A stretch of DNA of 64,000 bases from a candidate division WOR-3 bacterium (GCA_965649265.1 CBFGKC010000004.1:90590-154589), one strand, 5' to 3'; positions 1 through 9,780 are shown, numbered from the stretch's first letter. The notes: generated from the letters alone by a model not told the origin. A program made the numbers and translations.

Positions 1-1
1 C

Positions 2-919
2 GCCAATCAAAAAGGTCATGGGCTTCAACGTGCCGTCCTCTTTGCGTTGCTCAAAGCATGGTCCAAAGCATTAAAGAAGACTCACACAGACGATGAACAG
101 ACAACAGTCCCACGGAGGGCTTCAGATTCTGTTTTTTTTGCCATAGAGGAACCTGAATTATATTTACACCCGCATGCGCAAAGAAGGTTATCGAAAGCGA
201 TTCAGGATATAGCCGAAACACCACAGCATCAGATTTTTATTTGTACGCATTCAACACATTTCCTAGACCTGAACAAATATAAAAGCATTTGTATAATCAG
301 GAAAGACAATATCGAGGAAGGGACTAAAGTTCTTCAGTGCCAAAGAGATTTATTCGAAGGAACAGATATTGACGATAAAAAACGACGTTTCCATATGGCT
401 CATTGGGTTAACCCCGATAGGGGTGAGATGTTCTTTGCCAAACGAATAGTATTTGTAGAAGGGGAAACCGAAAAAGTTGTACTTTCTTTTGTTGCCGGAA
501 GTGGTGAAAACAAGTGCTTTAACCCTGAAGTGTCTATAATCGATTGTGGCGGGAAAAGCAACCTACCCCTATACATCAATATAGCAAATGCCTTCAAGCT
601 CAAATACATTGTTGTTCACGATGAAGACCCTTTGCCTGATGAAAACCAAGATGGCATTGAGGAGAAAAAGAAAGAGAGTATGAAAAAAACCTTTGCGTTG
701 AATGAAACAATAAGTGATTTGATCGATAATACGCTTGGACGAATTGAAATTTTCTCACCTGAATTTGAAGATGTTATTGGTGTATCGCGCAGTCAAAGAG
801 ATAGGTTGGGAAAACCTTTCGCTGCATTAGAGTTTTTGCAAAACAAATTGGACAATGGAGAAAGTATTCCACAAAGGCTATCTGATGTTGTTTTAGGAAT
901 ATATCAAGAACCATGTTAA
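2..919 (+). CDS. OLD-family ATP-dependent endonuclease (ABC-ATPase + TOPRIM), 5'-truncated by window edge
   Basis: Frame open from position 2 (KGHGLQR signature), Walker B/D-loop IEEPELYLHP, H-loop THS, TOPRIM FVEGETE and DED motifs; AT-rich. Confidence 0.9.
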   Translation, partial: ANQKGHGLQRAVLFALLKAWSKALKKTHTDDEQTTVPRRASDSVFFAIEEPELYLHPHAQRRLSKAIQDIAETPQHQIFICTHSTHFLDLNKYKSICIIRKDNIEEGTKVLQCQRDLFEGTDIDDKKRRFHMAHWVNPDRGEMFFAKRIVFVEGETEKVVLSFVAGSGENKCFNPEVSIIDCGGKSNLPLYINIANAFKLKYIVVHDEDPLPDENQDGIEEKKKESMKKTFALNETISDLIDNTLGRIEIFSPEFEDVIGVSRSQRDRLGKPFAALEFLQNKLDNGESIPQRLSDVVLGIYQEPC

Positions 920-935
920 TTAAGGGTAGCCATCC

Positions 936-1330
936 GTCATTGCGTCTGGAGGGTGGCTCCGAAGGGTGAGCGGACCCCCCCCGCCTGCGGCTACCCCCCT
1001 TAATAAAGGGGACCTCGTATGAGTTCGGGCGATTGCTTCGGTCGCTTGAAGCGACGCTCGCAATGACATATCATACCACTAAGTTAAAACATATGGGCTC
1101 GTGTTCAAAAATACTGTCATGAGATCGCCACGGTCGGCTTTACCTCCCTCGCGATGACCCCGCCCCCTCCCCCCTCCGCAAGGGAGGGGGAAATCGTCGT
1201 AGCATTCACTAGATTGTCCCCTGCGTTCGCCCTTCGGAGGCTTCGCAGCCACCAGGGGTGGCTTGCTGAACTAGCGCTGGAGGCGCTCACGTTCAGCCCA
1301 TGCGACCTCTGGTCCCTAGTTCGCAACGAT
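936..1330. repeat. Cluster of REP-like palindromic elements (GTCATTGCG...GATTGCTTCG...CGCAATGAC type and CCCC(C)T..AGGGG(G) hairpins)
   Basis: GTCATTGCG 936-944 complements CGCAATGAC 1059-1067; variant GTCAT..GAGATCGCCACG..CTCGCGATGAC 1116-1158; hairpins 996-1011 and 1170-1190. Confidence 0.7.
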
Positions 1331-1340
1331 ATTTTAATCT

Positions 1341-1480
1341 CCCTGACGCGTTTCTTAAAACCTGACCACATTCCTCGAATCCTGACCTCATACCTCCAAT
1401 CGTGGCCGCAATCCTCGAAACCAGCCCGCTAACCATTAACCCTGATCACATTCCTTCAATCCTGACCTCTTGCCACCCCT
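1341..1480. repeat. Degenerate 20-bp tandem repeat, about 6-7 units (CCTGACCACATTCCTCGAAT-like)
   Basis: Units start at 1361, 1381, 1401, 1421, 1441, 1461; 1361-1389 is near-identical to 1441-1469. Confidence 0.7.
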
Positions 1481-1641
1481 AACGTCCACTCGTGTGCGTT
1501 CGGGGACCCCAAAAGAACGTCTCCGGCGGACTTTTTCCATCCCACAAAATCGCTTCGCGCTCTCGCGGGAATCTCGAATTTGTCCCTTTTTCGCCCCGGA
1601 TTTGCCTCATTTTGACCCCTAAAATATCCCGAAAATCCCGG

Positions 1642-1697
1642 TTTTGTCCATCTTTTGACCATCTTTTGTCCCACTTTTGTCCAGCTTTTTTTGCCCC
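1642..1697. repeat. Four 11-bp phased direct repeats TTTTG(T/A)CC(A/C)(T/A/G)C
   Basis: Units start at 1642, 1653, 1664, 1675, followed by a T-run and GCCCC. Confidence 0.85.
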
Positions 1698-1731
1698 AAA
1701 AATCCTCGGCTCGCGTTCTGTCAAGAGAACC

Positions 1732-1775
1732 AAAAAAGGAATCCCCGAAAAAGATAAGTTATCCTCTTCGGGGAT
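1732..1775 (-). terminator. Rho-independent terminator of tRNA-Glu
   Basis: ATCCCCGAA/TTCGGGGAT inverted repeat followed by a T-run on the minus strand. Confidence 0.7.
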
Positions 1776-1778
1776 TTA

Positions 1779-1853
1779 TAGCGCTATGGGGATTCGAACC
1801 CCAGTCTTCTGGCTGAGAACCAGATGTCCTGGGCCAGGCTAGACGATAGCGCC
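1779..1853 (-). tRNA. tRNA-Glu (anticodon CTC), CCA not encoded
   Basis: Minus strand GGCGCTATCGTCTAGCCTGGCCCAGGACATCTGGTTCTCAGCCAGAAGACTGGGGTTCGAATCCCCATAGCGCTA: acceptor stem, TCTGG/CCAGA anticodon stem, GTTCGAATC T-loop. Confidence 0.97.
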
Positions 1854-1864
1854 GTATGTTGCGT

Positions 1865-1892
1865 ATTTTATGCGGAAAGCTAAAATTGTCAA
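1865..1892 (-). promoter_or_regulatory. sigma70-type promoter of tRNA-Glu
   Basis: TTGACA-N16-TAAAAT on the minus strand. Confidence 0.8.
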
Positions 1893-2076
1893 GCAAGTAA
1901 CAACCTCCGAAAATCGCTCAATTGCCCGCCGGGGGGCTTGCAAGATTCGTATTTTCGCGTAAACTATTTACTATTAGATTGGTGCTCTTCTCCGCAAGTG
2001 CGGTCAAGAGAGATTTTTATATCGTCCGGAATAAAGAAATCCCGGTACCAGCACCGGGAAAGTTCAAGGAGGCAAA

Positions 2077-3570
2077 ATGAAATTGGTCAGGAGATTAGTT
2101 TTAGTTTCCCTTTTAGCGGGGAGTCTTGTTGCCATGTACGCGGCAAAAGGCAATTCACGAACAAACAAACCGTCCGGTGACGAGCAGTTCCTTCTTGTCA
2201 TAGGAGTCGTCCAGGGCGGAGTCGCGGCAAAACTTGGCATTCATGAGGGTGACGTACTGCGCGCCTATAGTGGAAACGGCGTTCAATCCATCGATGAACT
2301 CGAGGCTGCCAAGAACATGGCGGTCGATTCCGTAGAGGTCATCTTCGATCGTGGTGATCAAACAATGAGTTTCAAATTCCCTCCCGGACCCATGGGTGTA
2401 TATGTGGAAGAACGCTTGCCCGAACTCAAGTACGCGTCGGACACGGTTGTTCTTCACGGCATAGCTCCCTTGAGGGAGGACGAGGGGATGAACAACTCAT
2501 TTATACTGTCCCTGACCAGGGTTGCTAATTTTCTCAAGGATACGCTTGACTATACCATGCTTATGGGGCTTTCCGGCGCCGCATTCAGGTTCCAAATGAA
2601 ACTGGATTGGGGTGCCGAGGCCGTTCTTGCATCAGAAGGTTACCGCTGCGATCAAAAAGCTCTTGATGCCTTGGGTTATGAATACAAGTTCCTTGAGCTT
2701 GATAGAACCGAAAGTAATCGCGAATCAATTCGTCAGGCAATCATCCAGACGATAGACGGTGGAAGTCCGGTACTTGGTTTTAAAATGGTCGTTCAACCCG
2801 ATTGGGGAGTAATTACAGGTTACCAGAAAGGCGGACGTGAATTTCTTGTCCGTACGTACGGAAGCAAGCGCGAAGGCTACTCGCTTGCCGAAGCGTTTCC
2901 GCGACAGGTTTACCTTATTGAAGGCCGCACCGTTCCTCTGACCCGCCGCGAGTCAATAATCCGTTCCTTCGCAGTGGCTCAGGCCGTACTGGACACTCAG
3001 AAAGTAGACAACTACTACTGCGGAATGACTGCTATAAATAACTGGCTCCAGACACTTGAGACGGGCAAATTCCAGGAGATCAACGAGGAGGAGTTCGAGA
3101 TAATAGTCCAGTCCAACTATGCAATGTTTACGCATCTCATAGAGGACAGAAGCTTTGCCGCGTCATATCTAAAAAGAATCGCACCTGAGTTTCCGGATGT
3201 TCAGGACAAACTCAACTCCATCGCAGAGCTTTACAATACCGAGGTTGAATACTTGAACGTGGCATGTAACGAGGACAGCTGTATTCCGCTGCCTGTGGCG
3301 ATGGTTAGTCAGTATGACTGGACCCCGGAGATGCGCCGCGGCGAGATCAACTATTTGAGATTCGTCAGGGTCCAGGAGGATGAAGCCCTCAAGGTTTGGC
3401 GCGAGATCAATGCCATTTACAATCCCGCACCTCAAGAGGGAGAAGTGGTAGACACTATGCCTAAGCCTGAAACACCCCAGGAGCAGCCCAAGACGGAACC
3501 TTCGACACCTCCCACTACTCCACCTGAAGAGGAGCAGCCCAGGGGCAGGGTTCTCAGAGGGGCGCAGTAA
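2077..3570 (+). CDS. Secreted PDZ-domain protein with uncharacterised central domain and Pro/Glu-rich tail
   Basis: Signal peptide; PDZ-like GVAAKLGIHEGDVL..NG; LMGLSGAAFRF and WGVITGY motifs; AAGGAGG RBS. Confidence 0.7.
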   Translation: MKLVRRLVLVSLLAGSLVAMYAAKGNSRTNKPSGDEQFLLVIGVVQGGVAAKLGIHEGDVLRAYSGNGVQSIDELEAAKNMAVDSVEVIFDRGDQTMSFKFPPGPMGVYVEERLPELKYASDTVVLHGIAPLREDEGMNNSFILSLTRVANFLKDTLDYTMLMGLSGAAFRFQMKLDWGAEAVLASEGYRCDQKALDALGYEYKFLELDRTESNRESIRQAIIQTIDGGSPVLGFKMVVQPDWGVITGYQKGGREFLVRTYGSKREGYSLAEAFPRQVYLIEGRTVPLTRRESIIRSFAVAQAVLDTQKVDNYYCGMTAINNWLQTLETGKFQEINEEEFEIIVQSNYAMFTHLIEDRSFAASYLKRIAPEFPDVQDKLNSIAELYNTEVEYLNVACNEDSCIPLPVAMVSQYDWTPEMRRGEINYLRFVRVQEDEALKVWREINAIYNPAPQEGEVVDTMPKPETPQEQPKTEPSTPPTTPPEEEQPRGRVLRGAQ

Positions 3571-3627
3571 GGTTTAAAGAGTTTTTTCGCAATAAGGGGG
3601 GGGACGGGATAGTGGAAAATCAGATAT

Positions 3628-4977
3628 ATGAAAGAATTAAATCCTAAAGGTTCGAGTGATCCCCGGACAGGCTTTTCAAATATCCTCAAAATAGCATGGC
3701 CTGTCGCTCTTTCAGCGTTCCTGGCTGAGCTAATGAGTATTGTTGACGCGTTATGGGTTGGTCGTCTTGGTAAAGTGGCGCTTGCCGCCGTTGGTGTTTC
3801 AGGCTCGGTTTTTGGAGTGCTTATTGCCCTTTCGCAGCTTTCAAACGCAGGCATTATGGCTTTCGTCGCTCGCTTTACCGGGTCTGGTGAACGCCAGAAA
3901 ATTCAGGCATCCTTATTTCACGGGATACTGATCTCCCTCGCGTTGAGTCTAATTCTTGCTGTTCCAGGCATTCCACTGAGCGCAACCATCTTGACCCTGC
4001 TCGGTTCGTCTAAGGAAGTCGTAAGCACTGGAACACCATACCTGATAGTTCTTTTCAGCATGCTTCCCATTGTCTACACGTCGATAGCTATTTACACCGG
4101 GCTTCAGGCCACTGGTGACACACTCTCTCCACTGATCGTTTCCTTTCTGGCCAATTTGATCAATCTGGCGCTCGATCCGCTTCTCATCTTCGGCTGGCTG
4201 GGTTTCCCTAAACTCGGTGTGCTCGGGGCAGGTGTTGCATCCGCCGTTGCTTCTTTGCTTGGATTGATCCTGGCGATATTTGTTGTTTCAAGAAGACGCC
4301 TTGTTGTATTCGCGAGGCTTAATTTCAGGCTGATCTTGAGCTACATCAAAATAGGCTTTTTTGCGATGATCCAGGGAATTACGAGGCCGCTCACAGGAAT
4401 GTTCATGTTTTCCATAGCCGCTATGTTTGGGGTTACAGCTCAGGCCGCTTTTACCGTAGGTTTGAGGATTATTGGTATCCCATTTATATTCCTTTCAGGA
4501 CTTTCCGTGGCAACCCAATCGCTAGTAGGCCAATCTCTAGGTGCAACCGATCCCAAAGGGGCCGAAAGAGTCGTTCGCACGAGCTATTTTGTCGGCATTC
4601 TGCTCCAGCTGATTATGTCTGCGCTTCTCTTCATAGGAGCACGCCAGCTTGTCGGGGTTTTCAGCCCGGGGCAGCAAGATGTGATCGAAATGGGGTCTAG
4701 GTATCTTCAGGTGATGGCTCCTTTTCTTCTTCTTATTCCCTTTTTGAATTCCTGGGCAGGTGCGCAGTACGGCGCCGGGTATACCGTTGGTCCTGCGCTC
4801 TCGTCGGTTATTGCAAACTGGATCGTAAAGCTTCCTCTGGCGATAGTTCTCAGCATCGTCCTCGGGCTTGAAAGCACCGGGATCTGGCTCGCCATAGGTG
4901 CATCCGTCGTCGTTGAGACCGTAATAAATGGAATCTACTTTGCGCGAGGCCGCTGGAAGAAGGTCGTTATAGCATGA
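3628..4977 (+). CDS. MATE family efflux transporter
   Basis: 449 aa, ~12 TM helices, VDALWVGRLG and NLALDPLLIFG motifs. Confidence 0.93.
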   Translation: MKELNPKGSSDPRTGFSNILKIAWPVALSAFLAELMSIVDALWVGRLGKVALAAVGVSGSVFGVLIALSQLSNAGIMAFVARFTGSGERQKIQASLFHGILISLALSLILAVPGIPLSATILTLLGSSKEVVSTGTPYLIVLFSMLPIVYTSIAIYTGLQATGDTLSPLIVSFLANLINLALDPLLIFGWLGFPKLGVLGAGVASAVASLLGLILAIFVVSRRRLVVFARLNFRLILSYIKIGFFAMIQGITRPLTGMFMFSIAAMFGVTAQAAFTVGLRIIGIPFIFLSGLSVATQSLVGQSLGATDPKGAERVVRTSYFVGILLQLIMSALLFIGARQLVGVFSPGQQDVIEMGSRYLQVMAPFLLLIPFLNSWAGAQYGAGYTVGPALSSVIANWIVKLPLAIVLSIVLGLESTGIWLAIGASVVVETVINGIYFARGRWKKVVIA

Positions 4978-5840
4978 ATCTGAGAGAAGCTCGGTTAAGC
5001 GACCGCCCCGGCATCCTGGAAATTGCCTCCCGGACGTGGGAGGGATGGGATTACGTCCCCATTTTTCTCGATCAGTGGCTTAAAGAAGGCGGGCTGTACG
5101 TGGCCGAAATAGATGGAAGTATCATCGGTCTGACCAAAACAACAGAGCTCTCGCCCGGTGAACTCTGGTTCGAAGGCATACGTGTTCGTGAGAATGAGAG
5201 GGGGAGGGGGCTTGGTCTTGAAATCGCCCGCAAGCAGTTGGAGTTTGCACTGGCGGCTTCTCCACGCATGATTCGCCTCTCAACTGCCGACGTAAACGAG
5301 GTTAGTCGGAAAGTAATAAAATCAATCGGTTTTCAGGAATACGCGTTTTTCAATTATTATGAAAATGAAGAACCGATTAAGACCACAGCAGAAATACCCG
5401 AAGAAATAAGACTTGTTAACATTCAAGACGAAGAAGAAATAGAGAAAACATGGTCGATAATTCGGGATAGCGAAGAGTACAAAAAATCGAGAGGGCTTCT
5501 TCCTCACACATGGAAGTTCAGCGAGTGGACGCTGGATCTCTACAGGGCGCTCGTCGGCGGAAAAAAAGTTTACACTAAGGGTGATGCAGATGCCGTGCTC
5601 GTGCTTCTTCCCAATCGTTACACCCCGGGAAGCATGGAACTCGCTTTCCTTGAGGGCGGTGAGAAAGCAGTCGCGTCGCTCATCCCATTTGCTTTTAAAG
5701 AAGTGCTTGATTTTCCAAACGGTACATCAATTACCGGGTTTGCGGCCTCGGACAGAAAGTGTAAACTTCTCGAAGCCGTGGGGATGCTGAAACATCCCGA
5801 AATTGAAAAGGTATACGTCTTTGATTACCCGTTATCTTAA
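4974..5840 (+). CDS. GNAT family N-acetyltransferase
   Basis: WFEGIRV..RGRGLG motif A; ATGA overlap with MATE gene. Confidence 0.85.
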   Translation: MNLREARLSDRPGILEIASRTWEGWDYVPIFLDQWLKEGGLYVAEIDGSIIGLTKTTELSPGELWFEGIRVRENERGRGLGLEIARKQLEFALAASPRMIRLSTADVNEVSRKVIKSIGFQEYAFFNYYENEEPIKTTAEIPEEIRLVNIQDEEEIEKTWSIIRDSEEYKKSRGLLPHTWKFSEWTLDLYRALVGGKKVYTKGDADAVLVLLPNRYTPGSMELAFLEGGEKAVASLIPFAFKEVLDFPNGTSITGFAASDRKCKLLEAVGMLKHPEIEKVYVFDYPLS

Positions 5841-5895
5841 AGACTGCAAGAATACGATAGACTTGACTTTCTTCCGCGAGCCGAGATAATTGGAA

Positions 5896-6369
5896 ATGCG
5901 AAAGTTGTGGCTCCTCTTAATCCTTTGTCTTGTTTCCTGCTGCGGTTACTCTACACGTTCCCTTCTTCCATCATACCTGAAGACGATTTACATCCCGACT
6001 ATACAGAATCGTACATTGAAACCGCTTCTTTCCGAAAAGCTGAGCGATGAACTTGTCACCGCCTTTACGAGAAGCGGCAGGTTAAGAGTATCATCAGATC
6101 CTTCGGCCGACATCGTATTAAATATCCAAATAACAGGGTACCGCAAAAGCGCTGCCGTGTATGATACATCCCGCAGCGCGACCGAATGGAGGTATGAAAT
6201 CAGCTATTCCGGCGAAGGCACGGACCAGCTTAAGAAGGCAAAGCTCTGGGGAGGTTCCTCAAACGTGGGGAACAACTACGATGTCTCGCTCAGTGAGGAT
6301 GAGGTGATTGATCGTCTGGTCAAGTCGGTCGCGGACGAGATAGTACAAAATATCCTTACGGCCTGGTGA
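5896..6369 (+). CDS. lptE: LptE-family LPS assembly lipoprotein
   Basis: Lipobox LVSC-CGY; KTIYIPTIQNRT and ADEIVQNILTAW typical of LptE-like proteins; apparently leaderless. Confidence 0.75.
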   Translation: MRKLWLLLILCLVSCCGYSTRSLLPSYLKTIYIPTIQNRTLKPLLSEKLSDELVTAFTRSGRLRVSSDPSADIVLNIQITGYRKSAAVYDTSRSATEWRYEISYSGEGTDQLKKAKLWGGSSNVGNNYDVSLSEDEVIDRLVKSVADEIVQNILTAW

Positions 6370-7688
6370 GAAATTCAATGGAGATAACCGTAGAGAAAGT
6401 AATTGCCGGTGGAGACGGACTTGCACACCTCCCTGACGGCAGGGTTCTTTTCGTCCCCTTCACTCTTCCACTTGAGCGCGTGAGTGTCAGGATTGTTACA
6501 GAAAAAAAGGATTATGCCGTTGGTCGCATCGAGGATATCATTGATCCCTCTGTCCAGAGAATCAAACCGAGATGTCCTTATTACGGGGTTTGCGGAGGGT
6601 GTCAATTCCAGCACGTTTCATACGAGGGCGAGCTCAACATAAAAAAAGGTTTTGTAGGCGAGGCGCTTACCAGGCTGGCCAGGCAGGAGTTCAATCAACT
6701 CGCCGAATATCCTTCCGAAAATGAATGGGAGTACAGGACAAAGAGCGAACACCCGGCGGCAGGCCATAAGCCCGATCCATTGATAGGCTACTATAAGGGA
6801 AAAACACACAAGGTAGTCGATGTGAAGGAGTGTCCTGTTCTCGATTCCTCATGCGTGAATGATTTGAATCGCGTGAGAACACTCCTTGGAAAATCCAACG
6901 AGTCCGTATACAGCGAACTTAACGGAGAAGGAAATCTGCGTCATGTGATTCTTAAAAGCTCGAACAGAGGAGAGCGTCTTTTGGGGTTGGTGACTTACAA
7001 AGATCACCTGGAGGCCGGAACCACAAGAAAGCTTGTGGAAGAGTTCAACGATCTTCATGGTGTCGTTCACCATATCAATCCCAGAACGGGCAACAGAATC
7101 ATGGGCGGTAAGACCAGGATAGTAAAGGGTTCTCAATACGTCGTTCACGATATTGCAGGTCTCGCTTTCAGGGTTTCCTTCGAATCCTTCTTCCAGGCGA
7201 ACCACAGTCAGGCCGGGAGGATAACCAGGCTTGCGCGTGAATTTCTGGAGCCCGAACCAGGAGATGTCTTGTGTGATGCTTATGCCGGCGTGGGCATGAT
7301 AGGGCAGGCCATGGCACGAGACGTGAAACAGGTGATTGCTCTTGAAGCGTCTCCAGCCGCAGTAGAAGATGGAATCTACAATTCGGCGAGCAATAACTTT
7401 TCGAACGTAAAGTGGGTGGAAGGTGATGTTGAATCCAGACTCAAAGAGATTGATTACAACCTTCTTGTTCTTGATCCACCCCGGCGGGGTCTTTCCGACG
7501 CAGTAGTTTCGGTTATCCTCTACGCCAAACCTGCGAAAATCGTTTACGTCTCATGCAACCCTTCTACATGGGCCAGGGATGTCAGTCACCTGACGGGTGC
7601 CGGTTACAGGTTAAGGAAATTATCCATGCTGGATATGTTTCCCAAAACGTCCCACGTTGAAGTGGTCAGTCTCCTGGAGATAAAGTGA
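6366..7688 (+). CDS. rlmD: 23S rRNA (uracil-C5)-methyltransferase RlmD/TrmA family
   Basis: TRAM domain, CPYYGVCGGC Fe-S motif, SFFQAN, LDPPRRG, YVSCNP, DMFPKTSHVE. Confidence 0.95.
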   Translation: MRNSMEITVEKVIAGGDGLAHLPDGRVLFVPFTLPLERVSVRIVTEKKDYAVGRIEDIIDPSVQRIKPRCPYYGVCGGCQFQHVSYEGELNIKKGFVGEALTRLARQEFNQLAEYPSENEWEYRTKSEHPAAGHKPDPLIGYYKGKTHKVVDVKECPVLDSSCVNDLNRVRTLLGKSNESVYSELNGEGNLRHVILKSSNRGERLLGLVTYKDHLEAGTTRKLVEEFNDLHGVVHHINPRTGNRIMGGKTRIVKGSQYVVHDIAGLAFRVSFESFFQANHSQAGRITRLAREFLEPEPGDVLCDAYAGVGMIGQAMARDVKQVIALEASPAAVEDGIYNSASNNFSNVKWVEGDVESRLKEIDYNLLVLDPPRRGLSDAVVSVILYAKPAKIVYVSCNPSTWARDVSHLTGAGYRLRKLSMLDMFPKTSHVEVVSLLEIK

Positions 7689-9145
7689 TTATCTTCCGCA
7701 ATGCCATTCTTCATTCTCCACCTTATGAATCCGTCACATGTGATGTCTTGCTGGATGGGGAAAAGATAAGTAAAGTCGGAAAGGCCGAATCTATTCAGGG
7801 CTCTGAAATTTATTACGGCAAGGTTCTCCTTCCAGGATACATAGATTCCCACATTCATCTTCTTGAATATGGCCTTTTACTCATTTTCCTTGATCTTCGT
7901 GGCGCTAAAACCAGCGCCGAAGTATTCGACCTGCTTACTTCAAGATTGAACGAGGGCAAGACCTACGGTTTTGTATACGCTTTCAATCTCGCTCCTGAAA
8001 GAATGAAAGAAACCAACTGGGAACCTTCTTCCGACGAACTGGATAAAATATCCATCGACTTGCCGATTTTCGTGCGCAGGGAGGACGGTCATTCCGTTTA
8101 CATGAATCGTGCGGCCAGACGCTGGCTTCTTTACGACCAGCCTATTGAAAAGGCCAACCATCCATTAAGCGGAAGATTCAATGAGCTTGCAGTCGAGCGC
8201 ATGCAGGAACGCATCCCGCGTGAAGTTCGCGAGCTGGCGCTAGAGAGAGCCGGGGCAGACCTTATCTCAAAAGGTGTGACTTCAGCGTCGGTCATGGTCG
8301 GCAATTCGAACAATCTTGACGACGTGGATATATTGAGAGGTCTCTCCGGTAAAACAGGTGTTGATGCATATCTCTTTCCACAGAACCGGGACGTGCAGAA
8401 AATATGTGAGTTGGAACTCACAAGGTTGGGAGGATGCATTCTCATAGACGGTTCGTTCGGCTCTCGCACTGCGGCCCTGCGTGAACCATACGGCGATGCT
8501 CCAGGTAACATGGGAATTCTTTACTTCTCTAGCAGGGAACTTCAGAGTTTAGTCGGCTGTGCAAACGAAGCCGGTTTGCAGATGACTTTTCACGCGATAG
8601 GCGATGAGGCTATAGATCAACTTATCAGGGCTTACGAAAAGGTCATAGACAAAAGCAATCCTCTGAGGCACAGAATAGAACATGCAGAGCTTCTGCTTCC
8701 CGATCTCATCGAAAGGGCTTCGAAGCTCAACCTGATTTTTTCAGTTCAACCGTCTTTCGAAGTCAAATGGGGTCAGGAGGGTGGAATGTATTCAGAGCGT
8801 CTGGGTGACAGGAGGCGCTGGACGAATCCCTTCTTTTCGATTCTCAAGGCTGGACTTCGGATCGCCGCGGGCTCGGACGCCCCGATAACAGACCCTGATC
8901 CAGCGGAAGGAATATGGGCATTTCTCAATCATCCTATACAGGAAGAGAGAATAACAGCCGTCGAAGCCCTGCAGGCCTATACTTACGAAGGAGCCTTTGC
9001 GCTTCACATGGAGGAGCAAATCGGTTCCATTCGCGAGGGGTTGAAAGCGGATCTCCTTGTTTTTGATAACGACCCGTTCATCACTCTGGATTTCCGTCCG
9101 AAAGCGGTAATCAAGGGCGGCAGGCTGGTTTCTGGTTCGCTTTAG
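7685..9145 (+). CDS. Amidohydrolase (YtcJ/Amidohydro_3 type)
   Basis: LPGYIDSHIH, DGSFGSRTAAL, HAIGD, HRIEHA, GSDAP motifs. Confidence 0.92.
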   Translation: MIIFRNAILHSPPYESVTCDVLLDGEKISKVGKAESIQGSEIYYGKVLLPGYIDSHIHLLEYGLLLIFLDLRGAKTSAEVFDLLTSRLNEGKTYGFVYAFNLAPERMKETNWEPSSDELDKISIDLPIFVRREDGHSVYMNRAARRWLLYDQPIEKANHPLSGRFNELAVERMQERIPREVRELALERAGADLISKGVTSASVMVGNSNNLDDVDILRGLSGKTGVDAYLFPQNRDVQKICELELTRLGGCILIDGSFGSRTAALREPYGDAPGNMGILYFSSRELQSLVGCANEAGLQMTFHAIGDEAIDQLIRAYEKVIDKSNPLRHRIEHAELLLPDLIERASKLNLIFSVQPSFEVKWGQEGGMYSERLGDRRRWTNPFFSILKAGLRIAAGSDAPITDPDPAEGIWAFLNHPIQEERITAVEALQAYTYEGAFALHMEEQIGSIREGLKADLLVFDNDPFITLDFRPKAVIKGGRLVSGSL

Positions 9146-9705
9146 TCTTCCTTCTCCCAGGTTGCCTCAATAATCAGTCCTTTTTCGAAAACGTCGGTAA
9201 TGCGTCGCTCCCAAATCAAAGTGTCTGCGATAACCTTATCGGCGTTGTGTTTGACGATTCTTCCGGGTCCGACGAGTCGTTCGCACCATGTGTAGTCATC
9301 CATATTGTAGTCATCGTCTTTAAATGCAAATATCTCCTTTTCTACCGGCGCATACATCCTGTAAAGAGAGAAAGTCCTTGCTTTCCCGCTTCTGTTGATT
9401 GAAAGGCTGAAGCTGTCGGCTTCAAAAAGGAGCTGTGCAGGTTCAATACTCGTAAAATTACCTTGAAGATGAAAGATAACCGTACTGTCAAGCGTATCAA
9501 GTTTCATGTAACTCGTATGCCAGCCTTCTATTGAGTCGAGCTTGTCCATGTAATCAGTAAACTCTATTTCATAAGCTTCACTGAACGGCATATCTATTTC
9601 TAAGTCAAGTGTACCCCCTCCCTCCTCATCGATTTTCATCGTACTCTTGTAGTTGAAGCAAACAGTAACCAGCAAGCATGAATAAATCATCGCCAACCTT
9701 ATCAA
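9142..9705 (-). CDS. Putative lipoprotein (LppM/DUF3153-like)
   Basis: AAGGAG RBS then TTG start at 9705, signal ending in Cys, MKIDEEGGG and HNADKV..TLIW motifs. Confidence 0.6.
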   Translation of the reverse strand: MIRLAMIYSCLLVTVCFNYKSTMKIDEEGGGTLDLEIDMPFSEAYEIEFTDYMDKLDSIEGWHTSYMKLDTLDSTVIFHLQGNFTSIEPAQLLFEADSFSLSINRSGKARTFSLYRMYAPVEKEIFAFKDDDYNMDDYTWCERLVGPGRIVKHNADKVIADTLIWERRITDVFEKGLIIEATWEKED

Positions 9706-9780
9706 GATAATCTCCTTTATAAAAAGACGCAAGAACTCCGTCGGTGTTGCCAAAAGGAACTTCGTGGTTACAATTCTTTT

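Noticed and set aside
1642-1685. DnaA boxes / oriC
   Set aside because: The units do not match TTATCCACA well, and no dnaA/dnaN or clear unwinding element is nearby.
1117-1842. Short ORFs between the OLD gene and the tRNA
   Set aside because: They run through palindromes, tandem repeats and the tRNA, with no RBS or protein motifs.
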